Assembly (NCBI GenBank): GCA_051047955.1
Contig: JBPGPT010000008.1
Span: forward strand, 310,001 to 374,000
Direction: 5' to 3'
DNA length: 64,000 nt
Source of the DNA: Cystobasidiomycetes sp. EMM_F5
Taxonomy: Eukaryota
Part shown: in pieces, positions 10,250 to 22,990 of the stretch
Numbering within the stretch: the stretch's first letter is position 1
Layout of the letters: every line of letters starts with the position of its first letter
Translations under genes and position numbers: made by a program
The notes under the pieces: generated by a model
Told to the model about the DNA's origin: nothing
Database searches by the model: none
Seen by the model: only the letters and a program-made list of their open reading frames with translations

Positions 10250-13200
10250 TCACCAGAAAGCACACCATCTGTGACAGATGTATGTCAATCGTGATCTTGC
10301 ACGGCATGCAATTTGCAAGAGGGACGTACCCTTGATACGCCAGCGCTAGATGCTCGACCTTGGTGGCGGACGTTATCAATCGAGACACCTGCTCTTCAAT
10401 GTCATGTTTACCGCCAAAGTCCGTCCCGACGAGTTTTGTTCTGACCCTGACAATCGCTCGTTGCGCTCGCGGCGTCAGTGTGGTCACTGCCCGCGGGTTG
10501 CCACTCTCGGTGTGTCGTCGTCGGGGACGGTAATGCTGTCGCAATACTGCAAAGTCGCCATCATCGATGACTTCGGGCTCTTCGTAGACTTCCTCGTGAC
10601 GGCTCTCATCGACTTGACGAGGATGCAGGACCAGGTGGGCGACCAGCGGGTCATGGAGGAACGAAGAAAAGACGGCTTCGACAGACTCTTTATGTTCTCG
10701 CATGACCCTCATTGTATGTTGCGAGCACAGTCTGAAATTGCCCTTGGTCCCAGTGGGACCCAAGCATCTTATCAACTGTCGCGTCAACCGGAATGGCACC
10801 CTCTCAGGGAATGTGTCCCGCTCGGTTGCGATCTCGAAGCTGTCTCCAAAATCGCTATCAGGAATAGCAGTCAGCAAAAAGAGCCAAAGCAGACCCGCAA
10901 TAGCCGTACATGTGAACACTGTCAACGATATCGACGGGTCAGAAGATACAGGAAGACCTTTTCCTCCGACTCACATTTCACCCGACTGTCGATCCATGAG
11001 TATGTTAGATGGATGGCGGCTGTGTGTTTCGGGTAAGCTGTGATGTTTGATACGTGGGGGCAAATGTGCTTACTCTCCAAGACCTAGGAGGTACCCAATC
11101 TATGAGAATGAAAGGTGCTGTTAGCAAGCCCTTGTATCAAGTCGTACAGTGCCATACCATCGAATTTGTGGCGAGCGACCTGGCATACGCTGTGCGTCTT
11201 TCCATCCAGCTAAGACAAGAGGTACCTTGACACACAGACGAAAGTAGCTTTATGTGAGCAAGATGTAGCACAGCGTCGTAACAAAACCTTACTCTTCCGC
11301 CAAAGAATCGAGGCTAGCTCATCACCTTCGGTGAGATCGGCAGCTAGCTCGAAAGCCTCTACACTCTGTATTGTGTTCAGGGATCCACGTGCTATCATTG
11401 GCGCAAACTGCAGTGAAACTCAGTGCCAGCTGCCAGCAAACATGGGTACGAAGCTTACGATGGCCTGCTGTTTAAGCTCTAGCTCCATAGTCCTGCCTTC
11501 TAAACGTCTAGCTGCTCGGCAGAGAGTCTGTAACGTATCGCCGCGTTCGAACCAGGAACACAAGCCTGTATACCGCGCTTAGCTCCAGTCTTTCTCAGAT
11601 GGTAAACAAAACAGAACATACCGGCATTGTGATTCAGCGGGATCACCGCATAGCGCACGATGCGAAGATGTCTACGCAGACTATCTTGATCGTTGGCCAA
11701 TAATGAGTTGACCAAGACAAACTGCATGCCATGTGAGCGTTAGTGCCGTGGCCACAATTTACATATTGGAAAGAGTAGAAGTACCAGCTGGCCGCAGCGC
11801 TCATCCATGCGCAGATCCTCCCTCGCCTTCAACAGGAATCTGTAGGTCTTACCATCGGACCCTCTCATGGTGAACTTTCGGGGTCTCTGTTTGGACGACA
11901 AAACCTCGACCACCCTATTAACTTCCACAATATGTACAGGATCACCTCCGTGCCGAACATAGGTACCTGAACCGTAGTACGAGGTAGAAGGGCGTGCGTC
12001 ATGTAACAGTAGTTGAAGAAGCGAAAGAGGCTTACCTGGCACTGAAACTGTCATGTTCCGCGCGGCTGACAATGTCGGAGCTACATCTGCAAGACTGAAG
12101 GATGTCGTGCCTTCCTTCGTTATCGACGTGCAGGTCTTGTGAATCGAGTGTAACTTTCGCCACATTGCCGCAAGGTCTTTTTCCGAATAATCGGGTTTCA
12201 GACATTTTTGGGCCAGTGCTGAGGCAGCGAAAGCATGGTCAATCATCCGATACGGTACCGAATGGACTGCTCATCGTCAACAAACCTCGAGCTGCATGTA
12301 AGGCGTCTCCGAGCTTGCCGACAAAGTGGCAGTCCTGCGGGGTCTGCGGGTTCTCGATGTCCTTGCACATTTCCTCGACAGCATATACGAGACCTTCTAC
12401 GTCTGCGAGATCGGAGTCAGATCCACGCCGGAAAGATCAAAGCATTATGGCCCACTTTTACCGTCTGATCCGAACAGATACTTGGCCGCACCCTCTATCG
12501 AATAAGCGCATCGCTCTTCCCAGGTCATAGAGGTGCGCAGTAACTCCTGATTGACCATTATCGCCTGGAATCCAATAGGGTCAGCTGGAGTTTGCTTTGT
12601 AAGATCCGTTGCAAGCGAACCTCCTCCACCAGCGTATTATCATACAGGCGCATAACATCCATTAGACGCCTTGCGACAGCTGCACGATCGCCAGAAGGAT
12701 ATTGCGCGACTGCGATCAGTGATGCAATCATTGTATGCGGGTGCGCTCTCCCAAGACGTCGCATTAGAGATTCTATGATCGGCTGCAATTGCGGCGATGG
12801 ATAGTTCAACTGTGCGCTCAATTGAGGTATGGCTTCCAGCCAGCAATCAATCGGCAGTTGGTCGAACGCGGATTTTGCTGCAGACGCCATGCGACTCCGC
12901 TGACCGTGCTTGAATATGACGGTAAGGACACCCAGAATGTCCTGAAGCGGATAGTTTGACGCTAATCTGATCATTGCGACATAGTCTGGCGGCAGGCGGT
13001 TTCAGCCAAGATCATACCGTATAGGCATGCACATACGCTCTATGGCAGCAACTGCAAGGTCGGTCAAACTGGTCTTTTCCGGGCTGTCCCGGACTTCATG
13101 AAGAAACTCGATAAGGGCCAGATTATTGGTCGCCAACTTGCGATAACCCTTCGGTGTCTGCCACAAACGCAGAGACCGCTCGTAATAGGTCTGACTGCGA

Positions 13201-16200
13201 GACAGTGCGTGCTGTTGGTCCGAGAATAGCATTCAGTTGAATTCCTCTCACGAGTCACAGCTAAGATTATCGTACCGCATTGTCTTGTCGAGCATAGTCT
13301 CCTAGACATTGCAAAGCTCGAGACAGAATCAGTTTGAGTTCATGAATATTACCGAGCGTTTGTTGGCTCTTTTTCGTGAGACGATTGCAACTCTCGAGAC
13401 GGTCGGCGAGCTTGCTGACGAGTTCTTCAATGCCTTCCGTGGCACCGACTTTATCGCCCGTATCTGCTACTAATCGGCAGCGCTCTAGTGTCAGACCAGG
13501 CCATTCCGAAACGGGCTGAGATAATCAAGGTCGTCAGTGTTGTGTTTGTCTTGCCCAACGTTAAATGACATACTATCGATGATAGATTCAAGGGACTCGT
13601 TGTGAGATCGTCCATTGCGCGTGCTTGAACCTTGAAAGCAAGATCGAGCCGCCCAGCCTTTCGAAGAATACGAGCATATCTAGTGATGTTTTTTACGTTC
13701 TCTGCCGGCGTCAGAACAATGGACTGTACATTTAGACAGCGATTGAGGATATCATCGTCTTTTTGTAATAGGCTGAACCTGGTCGACCAGAGTTCCTGGA
13801 TTAGAGGTCGCTCCGCTGAGTGTGACTGATAACGACCGCTGCTCCGGATTCATTAGCAAAATCCTAGAGAAGATCAACATCGCGTACGCTTCTTCCAACT
13901 CTGCCAGCAGCTGAGTGCGGACCATCGCCGCGTATGAACGGCCGGTCCGACTGTGTCTCACATTGACTGGCTCAAACAAAGGAGAGTATTCAGGATATGG
14001 CTGGGCGTTGTCTTCCGCCCAGAACCCACCGAGTTCGTCGCTCATTCGGTCCCGCGCTAGCCCGATGTCGACCAAAGCGGTCGGCAGGTCATGAGACAGC
14101 GTCGATGTGACCGCAGAGTACCATGCCTTCTCTGTCGGGTTCATGTCTTGGACAGCGGATGCCATAGTCGCGAATCTATTGGTCCGCCAGGCCGCCGTAG
14201 CAAGAAGAGGAGCAGTCAAAGGTTTCGTATGTAGCGGTTGGTTCTTGCCTTTCGACTCAGCAAAATCGACCAGTAAGTCCCATTCCTGCAATGCATGTAA
14301 CGACTAGAGCGCGAACTCTTAAGTGAGAGCAGAGCAGGCAATGCACGCAAAGAGGAACTCACTCGCATTACTCCTACAATTGCGTCTCCGTCGCCCGGGT
14401 TCCGTGACAGGGCTTCATCGAAAGTTTGCAGGTTGCTTTGTTGCACCTCGCCAATTTCTGAAAATGTTGTCACCGGTGCGTTTGTTATTTGTAGCAACCC
14501 TTGCGCGTGATCGGGCTCGCGGCTATGGAACTGCTCGTCGAATCGCAGTAGATCGCGAACGACTGCTTGAGTTCGATTCTGTAAATCAGAGGCTGAAGAA
14601 AGATCATCGAGCCAGGCTTGCATGTCATCCGAATTTCGTTTGAGCCACTCCGAGCTAATGTCGTTGTACTCCATTTCCGCATACCGAACCGCGCGATGCA
14701 TGAATAGGTGTTTCCAAGCGACCTCTTTTCTTAAGGTGGGTTTGATGCCGAGCTTAACGCTCATGCGGTCCAGAAAGTCAATGAGACTGTGAATAACATT
14801 AGCGGAGTCGTACTGAATAAGTTAAATACGCCATCGTACAAGAGAACAACATTATGTATTTCCGGCGTAGCGTCATCTCGCTGTAGTATTGTCTGCAACG
14901 AAGCTGTGATGTTGTGTTGCGTAACCACATCCAGGTCGTGCCAAATAGTATATGTGCCATAGTTAATGAGACTGCGTTGAAAGGTCTGATGAAGCTGAGC
15001 AACTGCCGCGGTCGCACGGATGTGCGGATGGTTGCTGTACTTTACGATTGCAGTGCCGAGTCCACCAAGCCAGTCAGTCCAGTCATTAGCGCAATCGCCA
15101 AGTGGAGGAGCGAAGGCAGCTTGAAGCGGGCGAGCGTCGAGTAGGAAGACAATGTCCTTTTCCGGCTCATCGGTTGCGGCAATTCTGTGTGTACGTCAGC
15201 TTGTGCTAATGTGAAATGAAACCGACTGCTAACCTCGGTATCTCGTTGGCTGTTCCCCGGAGATGACTGACATATAGCGGGTGATGACGAATATCGAAAG
15301 GCAAATCTTTCGCAAAGAGCTCCATGAAAACGATAGCTTCTGGCCCGCATTCTTTCATGACAATGCATGTTGCCCTTATTGCAGCCGCGCGGAACTCTTC
15401 TTCGTGGCAGAGCGGAACCAAGATGGGTAGAAGGCGTGTGAGGTGGGCACCAACATACGCACTGCACGCAAGAATGCCAAGACCATCCAGCGCTACAATC
15501 CGGGTTGCAACGCTGGTTCCGTGTTGAATGACTTCCAGCAAAGAGGGCAGAACAAGATGGACCCATTCGCGCAGGTGGTCAGACATATCGCATATGAACC
15601 GGATTGCAGATTGGATTGAATGATCTTGTCCAGTATCGCTAACCATGCTAGATGCGATTCGTGGTATGACAAGAGCAAAGTACTCACGGAAGTCAACACC
15701 CAATGATGCCGCCAGAGCAGATATTGTGTCAATAATGCAGTTGTTGGGCTGAAGTCCTTCATCCCAGCGCTAAAAGTAACGTTCGTCAAACCGACGCTCT
15801 GCATAAGCACGATTAGCAATCTTACTTGAAGCAATGTTGCCACCACCTGTGACGCTTTAGCTTCTACAGATCCCACAGCTCTCAGAATGAAGCCTAAGCC
15901 TGATATGAAGTAGCAAGTAGTCTTTACTTCAGTGTGTTGCTCGGCGATTGCTTGTAGGAAGCGTTCGATGATTGGGCCCGTGTACTTCTGGCTGCGTAGG
16001 TGGTTGGAAGGATCCCTGTATACTGCCACCAGTGCATCGACAACCTGATTGCGCTAAGTGAGCATGCGTTGGATTGCCTTATTAGACTTGTGTACTTACA
16101 GCGTAATGGATCTTTTCAGGCTGTGGCTCTCTCCAGATGGTAAGCAATTGACCGGTGAGCCAGTCCGCTATGAAAGTTGGTGCTTTGCATTTGACTTCAT

Positions 16201-19200
16201 CAATGTCATCAGAGATCAGGCCATTTTCGAGCGCTCCGGCATTCGTCGTCTCGTCGGGCCCGTCCACGATCTCCTGTACTACGAGATCCGCGATGTCAAG
16301 CCCTGACTGTATGGGCTTCGAAGCACCAATCGTCCCTAGCGCTTTCACAATCTCGCGTCGTGCATGTATTTCCTTTTCGACAGTAAGTAATCCAATCAAC
16401 AGATCGATAATATCGTCGCGAATGGTCGCCACCTCTGCGATACAGGCAGTTCCGTACACTAGCTCCGTCAAAGTTTGCACAGCAATGCGACGCTGCTGGA
16501 CAGATCCGGGCTCACGAAGAACCTGGCAGATAACATGGACGAAGTCCATAGCTTGCTTACGAAGCCCATCTCGCGCGTCTACCGATAGTCGACGAAGCAG
16601 ACGGAATCCGGCAATGACAATGTCTTCGGAGTCAGCCGTGCGGAACTGGAGTAAAAGGATGTCCACCGCCGGTCGCACATATAAGGCAGCAAGATCGCGG
16701 GCAGTGTCGAAGATGCTTGTTATGAGGTTGAGGTGGTGACATCTAGCAGCAGAGTGCCGTATTTCGTCCATGGTTGTCAAGAGACCAATAAGCTCGCTCC
16801 TCAAAGCGGGCATGATGATCGCGCTAGCGCCATCGTGCTTCTGCGGCCTTAATATTGAAGGGTGCGTAAGCACAGGTCGCCGCAAGACTTACAGAACACC
16901 TACAAACGCCCCAGAATTTTCAATATGGCCGCCTGCACTGTCATAGAGTTGTCGTTGATGGCAAACAGCAGCAGACGGATAGGCTCGGATTGTACGAGGT
17001 AGAGGTCGAAATGCTCATCGAGACAGGCCAGAGTCTCTTCCCGGATTTGCGGATCAGGATCAGCTATACCGATGCGTAGAAGTGTCTGCATTATATCTCG
17101 GGCGGGCCCAGAACTCGCATTTGACGATTGTGTATATGAATTGTTTACAAGGAAAGAAGCACATGCCTTCGTGGCTGTCCTGCGTGTTTCGGCATCTTCA
17201 TTGGTGGTATACGGAACGATATACTGTTGAACCCAGTTAAGCAACATGGGAACGTTGACGAAATCAAAGTGTGCAATCGTCTCCATGACAAGGTGCCGTT
17301 GACGTTCTTCGTCGGCTTGAGCAGTCTCTACGAGCTCGCGAGCTCGCTTAGGCGAGAGCGACCGACCTCGAGCCCGCTCGAATATGCTGCTGCTCCTACG
17401 GCGCGTCATGGTGGTTGGACGTCCCTCCCGCACTTCCACGACGGAAGCTCGCCGATCTCGAGCGGTGATTTTTGAGGAGCCTGGAATTGCCCATTCACGG
17501 AAAGTAGTGCCGCACAGGCTGACAGACAGAAGATCCAGTAAGCGGACTGAAGACATGCAACAAACGGCTCAGCCAAATGGTCTTTTCGGAGATCGACGTG
17601 ATTATTGCTTACGCCTAATATCGTACGCCAGCGCGGGTATGTTCTTTATGACTACGTCCAGAGTCGTAACGAGAGCTTCAGAAAGACCGCCTGAACACAT
17701 CGGCTCAAGGACAGCTGCGATGAATTCCTTCATTGGCGAGCCGAATGCCCGTACACATCCAGCAACAACAGCAAGAAGCGCGTCATGGAGCCCAGGTAGT
17801 CTTCGCTGCTGTACAAGGCCCTGCGTGAAGTTGAACACTATGCCGTCTAGATAGCCAGTGGCGCGCAGGCCGACCAAAGGTAGCAGTTTGGCGGTCGAAT
17901 GCAGAGCTAGTTTACGAGGCAAGTAGCGTCAGCATCGCCATTGATCATAGGGGCGAAAGCAACAGACCTGCGACCTGTTCTTTCTCTCGTTTAGAAGCAT
18001 CAGCGAGCCACGGGAAGACGGAGGATAGCCACTTGGAGCAAAAGGCTTCGGGATCGCGCGGCGCGCACAGCGCGACAAACTCCATGATTGATCTGTTTGC
18101 CGTTGTATCTCGATCCCGAACATCCAGTAATGGATCCCAAATGCATTCTATGGCCTCTTGCTCATCGGCAGGAGCCACCTTTGCAAGAGCGCAACATGCC
18201 AAGGCTCCCGCATGAAGTTTTGCAGGAGTTGCCATTGGTGAATGAATAGCTTTGATTGCAGTGGTTAGCAACTCATTGCGCGCCATAGGTCCCTCCTCCT
18301 GCGAGAGAGCCGATAAGCAGGCCTCAAGAGCGACTCGAGCTCCATCTCGTATGTTCTGCTTGGGATCAGTGAGAGCATGCGACCAGATATCCTGTATGGC
18401 CCGAGCAGCTTGGTCCCGCACGACGACAGCAGAGGTGGGTGTCTGCATCAGCTCAGTAAGCAAATAAATCGCACCCACACGCTTGCGTTCGCTGCGTGAT
18501 TCTGAATATGACGGATTAGTGATTCCCCTTAAATACTTCGATTATGCTATCTACTCGCCTTCGAGCCATTCGAGAATCTGTGACGTTTCCCTGGTCACAA
18601 GGGCTGCCATACCTTCCAGCGGAGCTAGTGCTGCAAACAACCTGGCAGCATCGGACATGATACTGGGATCGTTGCAAGGGATGAGTCGGATGAGAGCGGT
18701 TGCCAGCCTTACGGCCGACCGTGCATCTGGCGCCGGATGAATGGCAAGGATCTCGCCAATTGCAGCTGCTGCTGCCCATTTAGCATCGACATCTTCTGAC
18801 CCAGCTAGGGCAAGTAGATGGGTCTGAAACGAGTCGGATGTGTATCCCGCGACGGTGGCGGCGTGCATAGGACGAGCCGGTAAGAATGTCGGTGTATGCA
18901 CTCCTCCGTGATGCGGTAGCGCAGTGGGGGTGGTTACTCGACTGTTGGGTTTCAATACGGGCTTGCCGATAGTAGCGGACGGGGTTGCGACGACAATAGA
19001 AGTCTTGGGTAGGCTTGCTACTAATGATGGTGGATGGGCCTTGCCTTCACGCTCGCGGAGAAGAGCGGCTCGGAATTTGGCAGTAGCAGCCTGTCTTTCC
19101 TGTGGTTGACTATTACACATACAGAAAGTAATTCAAAGTCGGGATGCATGTGCCCATAATGATGGGAGATTAAATTATGTCAGCTGCAGGAATCAGCGGA

Positions 19201-19515
19201 CCTCAGGACGAATAGCTCGAGGCCTGCTCACCGGACACGAAGACCTAAAAGCAACTCCTCCAGGACGCTTGTGACCATAGGTACGGCATGGGCAAAGTAC
19301 GGAGACTGATTGTGGTGGATTTGGCGATCGTCAGCTAGCTTGAGGCCGTGCAAGGCTGGGAGCGGGTGGTGTGCGTGTACAGACAGAGGGCGGGCCGAGT
19401 GAGTTGCTGGCGGATGTCCATGGGCCCCGTCGCCCGCAGTATCCACGCCGGTCGCAGGCGCGCTGGCTAGGAAGCTGCGCCGGGCAGCCGAGGGGATGGA
19501 TATGCTGAGGGGCAT
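10250..19515 (-). CDS. TOR: TOR-family PIKK kinase, highly divergent (HEAT-FAT-FRB-kinase-FATC)
   Basis: IGIADPDPQIR and KALGTIGA (HEAT); WLEAIPQL and LGRAHPH (FAT); SKQRPRK..GSDGKTYRFLLKAREDLRMDER; spliced IGYLLGLGDRHPSNILMDR and IVHIDFGDSFE; ERVPFRLTR; FATC YQGWCAFW-TGA at 10250. The start codon and some N-terminal junctions are less certain. Confidence 0.92.
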
Positions 19516-20050
19516 CGAGGTGGATTAATGAGCAGACAGCGATTGCAGCGACTGCCGATATCCGCGTTTGTTAGACGGCACATCGCAAGCCTCTTACAAG
19601 ACCTCGCCCGATCCAGCTGGCTGCTACCCGGGCTCGCCAAAGTCAGTCCCGTTGTACATTATGGTCAACGGACAGCAAGCGGATTCCGAATGCTTCAGTG
19701 TTTGGGTCTCGCAACAAGTCAGCAGTCAGCGCTGTGAGTTTGGAATCTTGCAGGTCAGCCATTGCAAGTCAGCTGTAGTGTGCGGGTTTCCGAGTTGCTC
19801 CAAATGCCGCTTTCGCCTTTTCCGTGTAACGCAGTAAAGGGTCGATATGCATAACCCACGTCAATGGACCAAGATTCGCGCTCCTGCAAGCTGGTCATCT
19901 TCCTTGGTCAATGAGCAGATGCAAGCGAACGCACCATGATGCAGGGTCGGAAAGAAGCAAGATTGCCGGATGGCAAAGAACGACGTAGCATGCCGAACCG
20001 TGACTGAACGGACGTAAAGACACTTCCCGTGCACAAGTTACACAAGTCTG

Positions 20051-21653
20051 TTACGGCTTCTCTACTGCTTCCCGCAGTTCCGACAACAAGAGAGCCCTAC
20101 TCTCATCGGCCGATTGCTCCGCCAATACAGCAAAAACCTTCTCCACAATGACCATGTAGCGATTCAGATTCGCTTCGCTCGCCCTGTCAGCCGGTGCGGA
20201 GTCCAGCAGCCATGCCACAGTGCCCACAATCTCGGGTTCATGCCCCCTTCCACCAGCGAACCCTGCAACACTGTGCGTAACTGCACAACCGAATGGCTGA
20301 GCAGACTGGGACCATACGAATCTGCTCGGGCAAGCGGCATTTTGCTCTGAAGTGTACCTGAGGGGAAACAGCCCCAGATTGGAAACCTCGAGCGACGAAG
20401 AGAACGGTCTTGAGGTCTGCGTACCCTGCAACAAGGCACTCTCCCACCCGTTTAGACTAGCTTTGTCATTGGGATCATTCGAATTGTCAGGCCACCAGTC
20501 CATCAACGCCCAACGTTCTCGACCCAGCTGCTTAACGTGCGGATCTATTAGATACTTGCCATACTCGCGCGCCAATGTCCAAAAATCAGCATCTTGAGCC
20601 AGCTGGTATTCATACGACGGCGTGGCCAGTACATAGTTGCCAGTTGCGTCTGGGTGACCTAGGAAATCACTGCGAGTAGACATCGGTGTGCTGAGCACGA
20701 CAGGCAGCTGAGAAGTAGATGTCTCGATGAAAAGAAGAGCCACAGAGAGTGCCGTGCCAAGGACTTGCTGTAAAGCCTGCACATTTCGAGCTTTACCAGC
20801 ACTTCGAATCATGGAGGTCCTGCTCGCTGATATACTGTACACCCGATACTTTGCACTAGCAGACAAAGGGTCCTTGCCGGATCCACAGGAGTCGTACAGA
20901 TTCTCGAGAGACTGATACGGCCAGTGATCAGAATCTACCCAGCCTAAGACTCGCGAAATGTAATTCGGTAGGATGGGCTTGAGGATTTCCTTTGCTACCA
21001 CGCTCAGGGTCAATCGGATGCTGGCTTTGATCTTTGTCGTAGCCTCAAACGCCGGTGAAAGACTGCCTCTACCATCGTGGGACGGTATCGGTGAGAGTCC
21101 TGCTAGTTTCAGCAGCAAATGCATGCCGCCCAAACCGTCCGTCAGAATATGGTGAATTGCCAGGGTCAAATACGATTCCCTTCCATCTTCCCGATTGTAC
21201 AATGTTACTCTCCACAGCTTGCCTGAAAGCACATCAAAGCTTGAAATTGCAGCGTACATCTCTCGTTGCATGATGTGCTGCATTTGCAACTCCCACGACG
21301 GCGCTTCGTCACGCAAGGGCTCGTCATGTAGTAGGCTGCTTGGCTCGATAGATGCTGTTTCAAACGATGGCTTGTTGGCACGGTAGTCGACAACGCGACA
21401 ACCCAGGAGCGGGTATGCCGAGAAAAGCGCGCCCAGTCGCTCGATTATGGCATCTCGCTTGGGCAGATCAGCAGAGGATGGATAGGTTAGTATATAAACG
21501 AGAACAGGGACTGCGCCGAGATTAGAGCGAGTCAATGAATAGCGTTCATGTCGCGATACTGCAACGGTTCAATCAAAGTCAGCTTCGGTAGTTACTGCCA
21601 ACTAAACAATGCAGCTTGCATGCACGGCCTTGAAGCTGAGACTGGCTTGCCAT
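20051..21653 (-). CDS. Alcohol acetyltransferase / condensation-domain-like CoA-dependent acyltransferase
   Basis: Near-intronless ~500-aa ORF with HHILTDG (HHxxxDG) motif, YPLL, LWRV and SLEVSNLG. A short first exon from ATG 21653 is spliced to LSRHERY. Confidence 0.78.
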
Positions 21654-21761
21654 TGTGCATTAGGCGGATATCAATTGACGACTGCTAGAGTGACCGACAA
21701 AGTTGATGGCCGCTGCAATTTGGGCAGGACTCCCAGGTTGACCACTGCACAATCTGCCGAC

Positions 21762-22990
21762 ATGGCTGGCACGGTCGACACTGACAGCGAGGCTGACCTG
21801 TATGCTCTGTTTGGCGTTGACTCTGATGCGTAAGTTGGGCGAGAGGCAGTCGAGCAAAGAATTGGACATGCTGGTATTGTACGCCACAATCAACGCTGAC
21901 TTGGGTGTGTTCACAGCTCATCAAAGCAGATCCGGACAGCGTACCGGCAGAAGAGTCTCAAGGTCCATCCTGACAGGGTGGGTTGAGAAAGTCTGCGAAA
22001 GATCCTGACAGAGATTGGCTGATTTGACCGACAACTTGGTGGTCAATGACTCAGAACCCAGATAATCCAGAAGCAGGTGCGTTACCATCGTAGTATACTT
22101 GGAAGGAACTGACCCTTGTTATTTCAGCAAATCTATTCCACCAGCTATCGATAGCTCATGAGTTACTCATTGATCCTGTACGCCGAGAAGCGTACGACAA
22201 GATATACAAAGCGCGACAAGCGCGAAAGGAGCGTTTCTCTGCCTTGGACAGCAAGAAGCGCAGTATGGCCGCAGATCTGAATGCCCGCGAAGAAGCCTTC
22301 AAAAAACAACGTACAGAAGACAGGGAGGCTAGCATGAGGGAAGCGGCAGAACTAAATAGACTGCGCGCCGAAGGTGAAAAGATGCGCAGAGAACGGGAGG
22401 AGAGGATACATAGGGAGGCTACGCAACGTGACAACCTCTCTCGGCAGGCAGAGGCTCAGAGTGGCCCCGGTGCTGACGACCTCGGACCGCTCGACACGAC
22501 TGTCCGCTTAAAATGGCTGCGAAAGCAATATCCTGCTTTAGAACTGGACGGCGGTGCAAGCATCTACGATATTCTGCCTATTCCGAGAGCAAGCGTCGAT
22601 AATGTACTTGTTTCTGGAAAGATGGCAAGCAATCCCAAGCTGAAATACGGCTCAGCTGTGATCAGCTTGCATACACTCAGCGCCGCTATAAAGCTCGTCG
22701 AATCGGCCGGCAAAGACAACTTGCAAAGTATCGAAGTAACGTGGGCTGCAGGCGAGGAACCGCTCATTGTCAGACGGTCCAGGGGGTCAACAGGCGGAAA
22801 TATGTCAACTTTCAATGGTAATTATGATAGCGTGAAATCCCCGGCGGCGAAGACACAGGCTACCATACCGACACAGCTCGATGAAGATAGCGTATTGGCT
22901 GCACTTCGGGCGCGAGAACGTGAAAGAGCGAGGATAGAGGAAGAAATTAGGCGGCAAGACGCAGAAGAAGATGCAGCGAACGGACAATGA
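21762..22990 (+). CDS. CWC23: J-domain protein, Cwc23/DNAJC17-like splicing co-chaperone
   Basis: DLYALFGV, RTAYRQKSLKVHPDR|NPD (HPD motif), LIDPVRREAYD, LDSKKRSMAADLNAREE coiled coil, then a DTTVRLKW RRM-like region. Confidence 0.8.

Noticed and set aside
10350..11036. 228-aa plus-strand ORF (and similar ones at 16155-16739, 36787-37374, 41401-41943)
   Set aside because: These are antisense shadows of TOR, polo kinase and Noc4 exons, with no motifs of their own.
12490..12500. FRB Ser2035-to-Ala as sole proof of rapamycin resistance
   Set aside because: Ala at this position is known to be tolerated; the resistance prediction rests on the other pocket changes.
20051..21653. NRPS or secondary-metabolite cluster around the HHxxxDG protein
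   Set aside because: There are no adenylation, carrier, PKS or tailoring genes; the neighbours are housekeeping genes.
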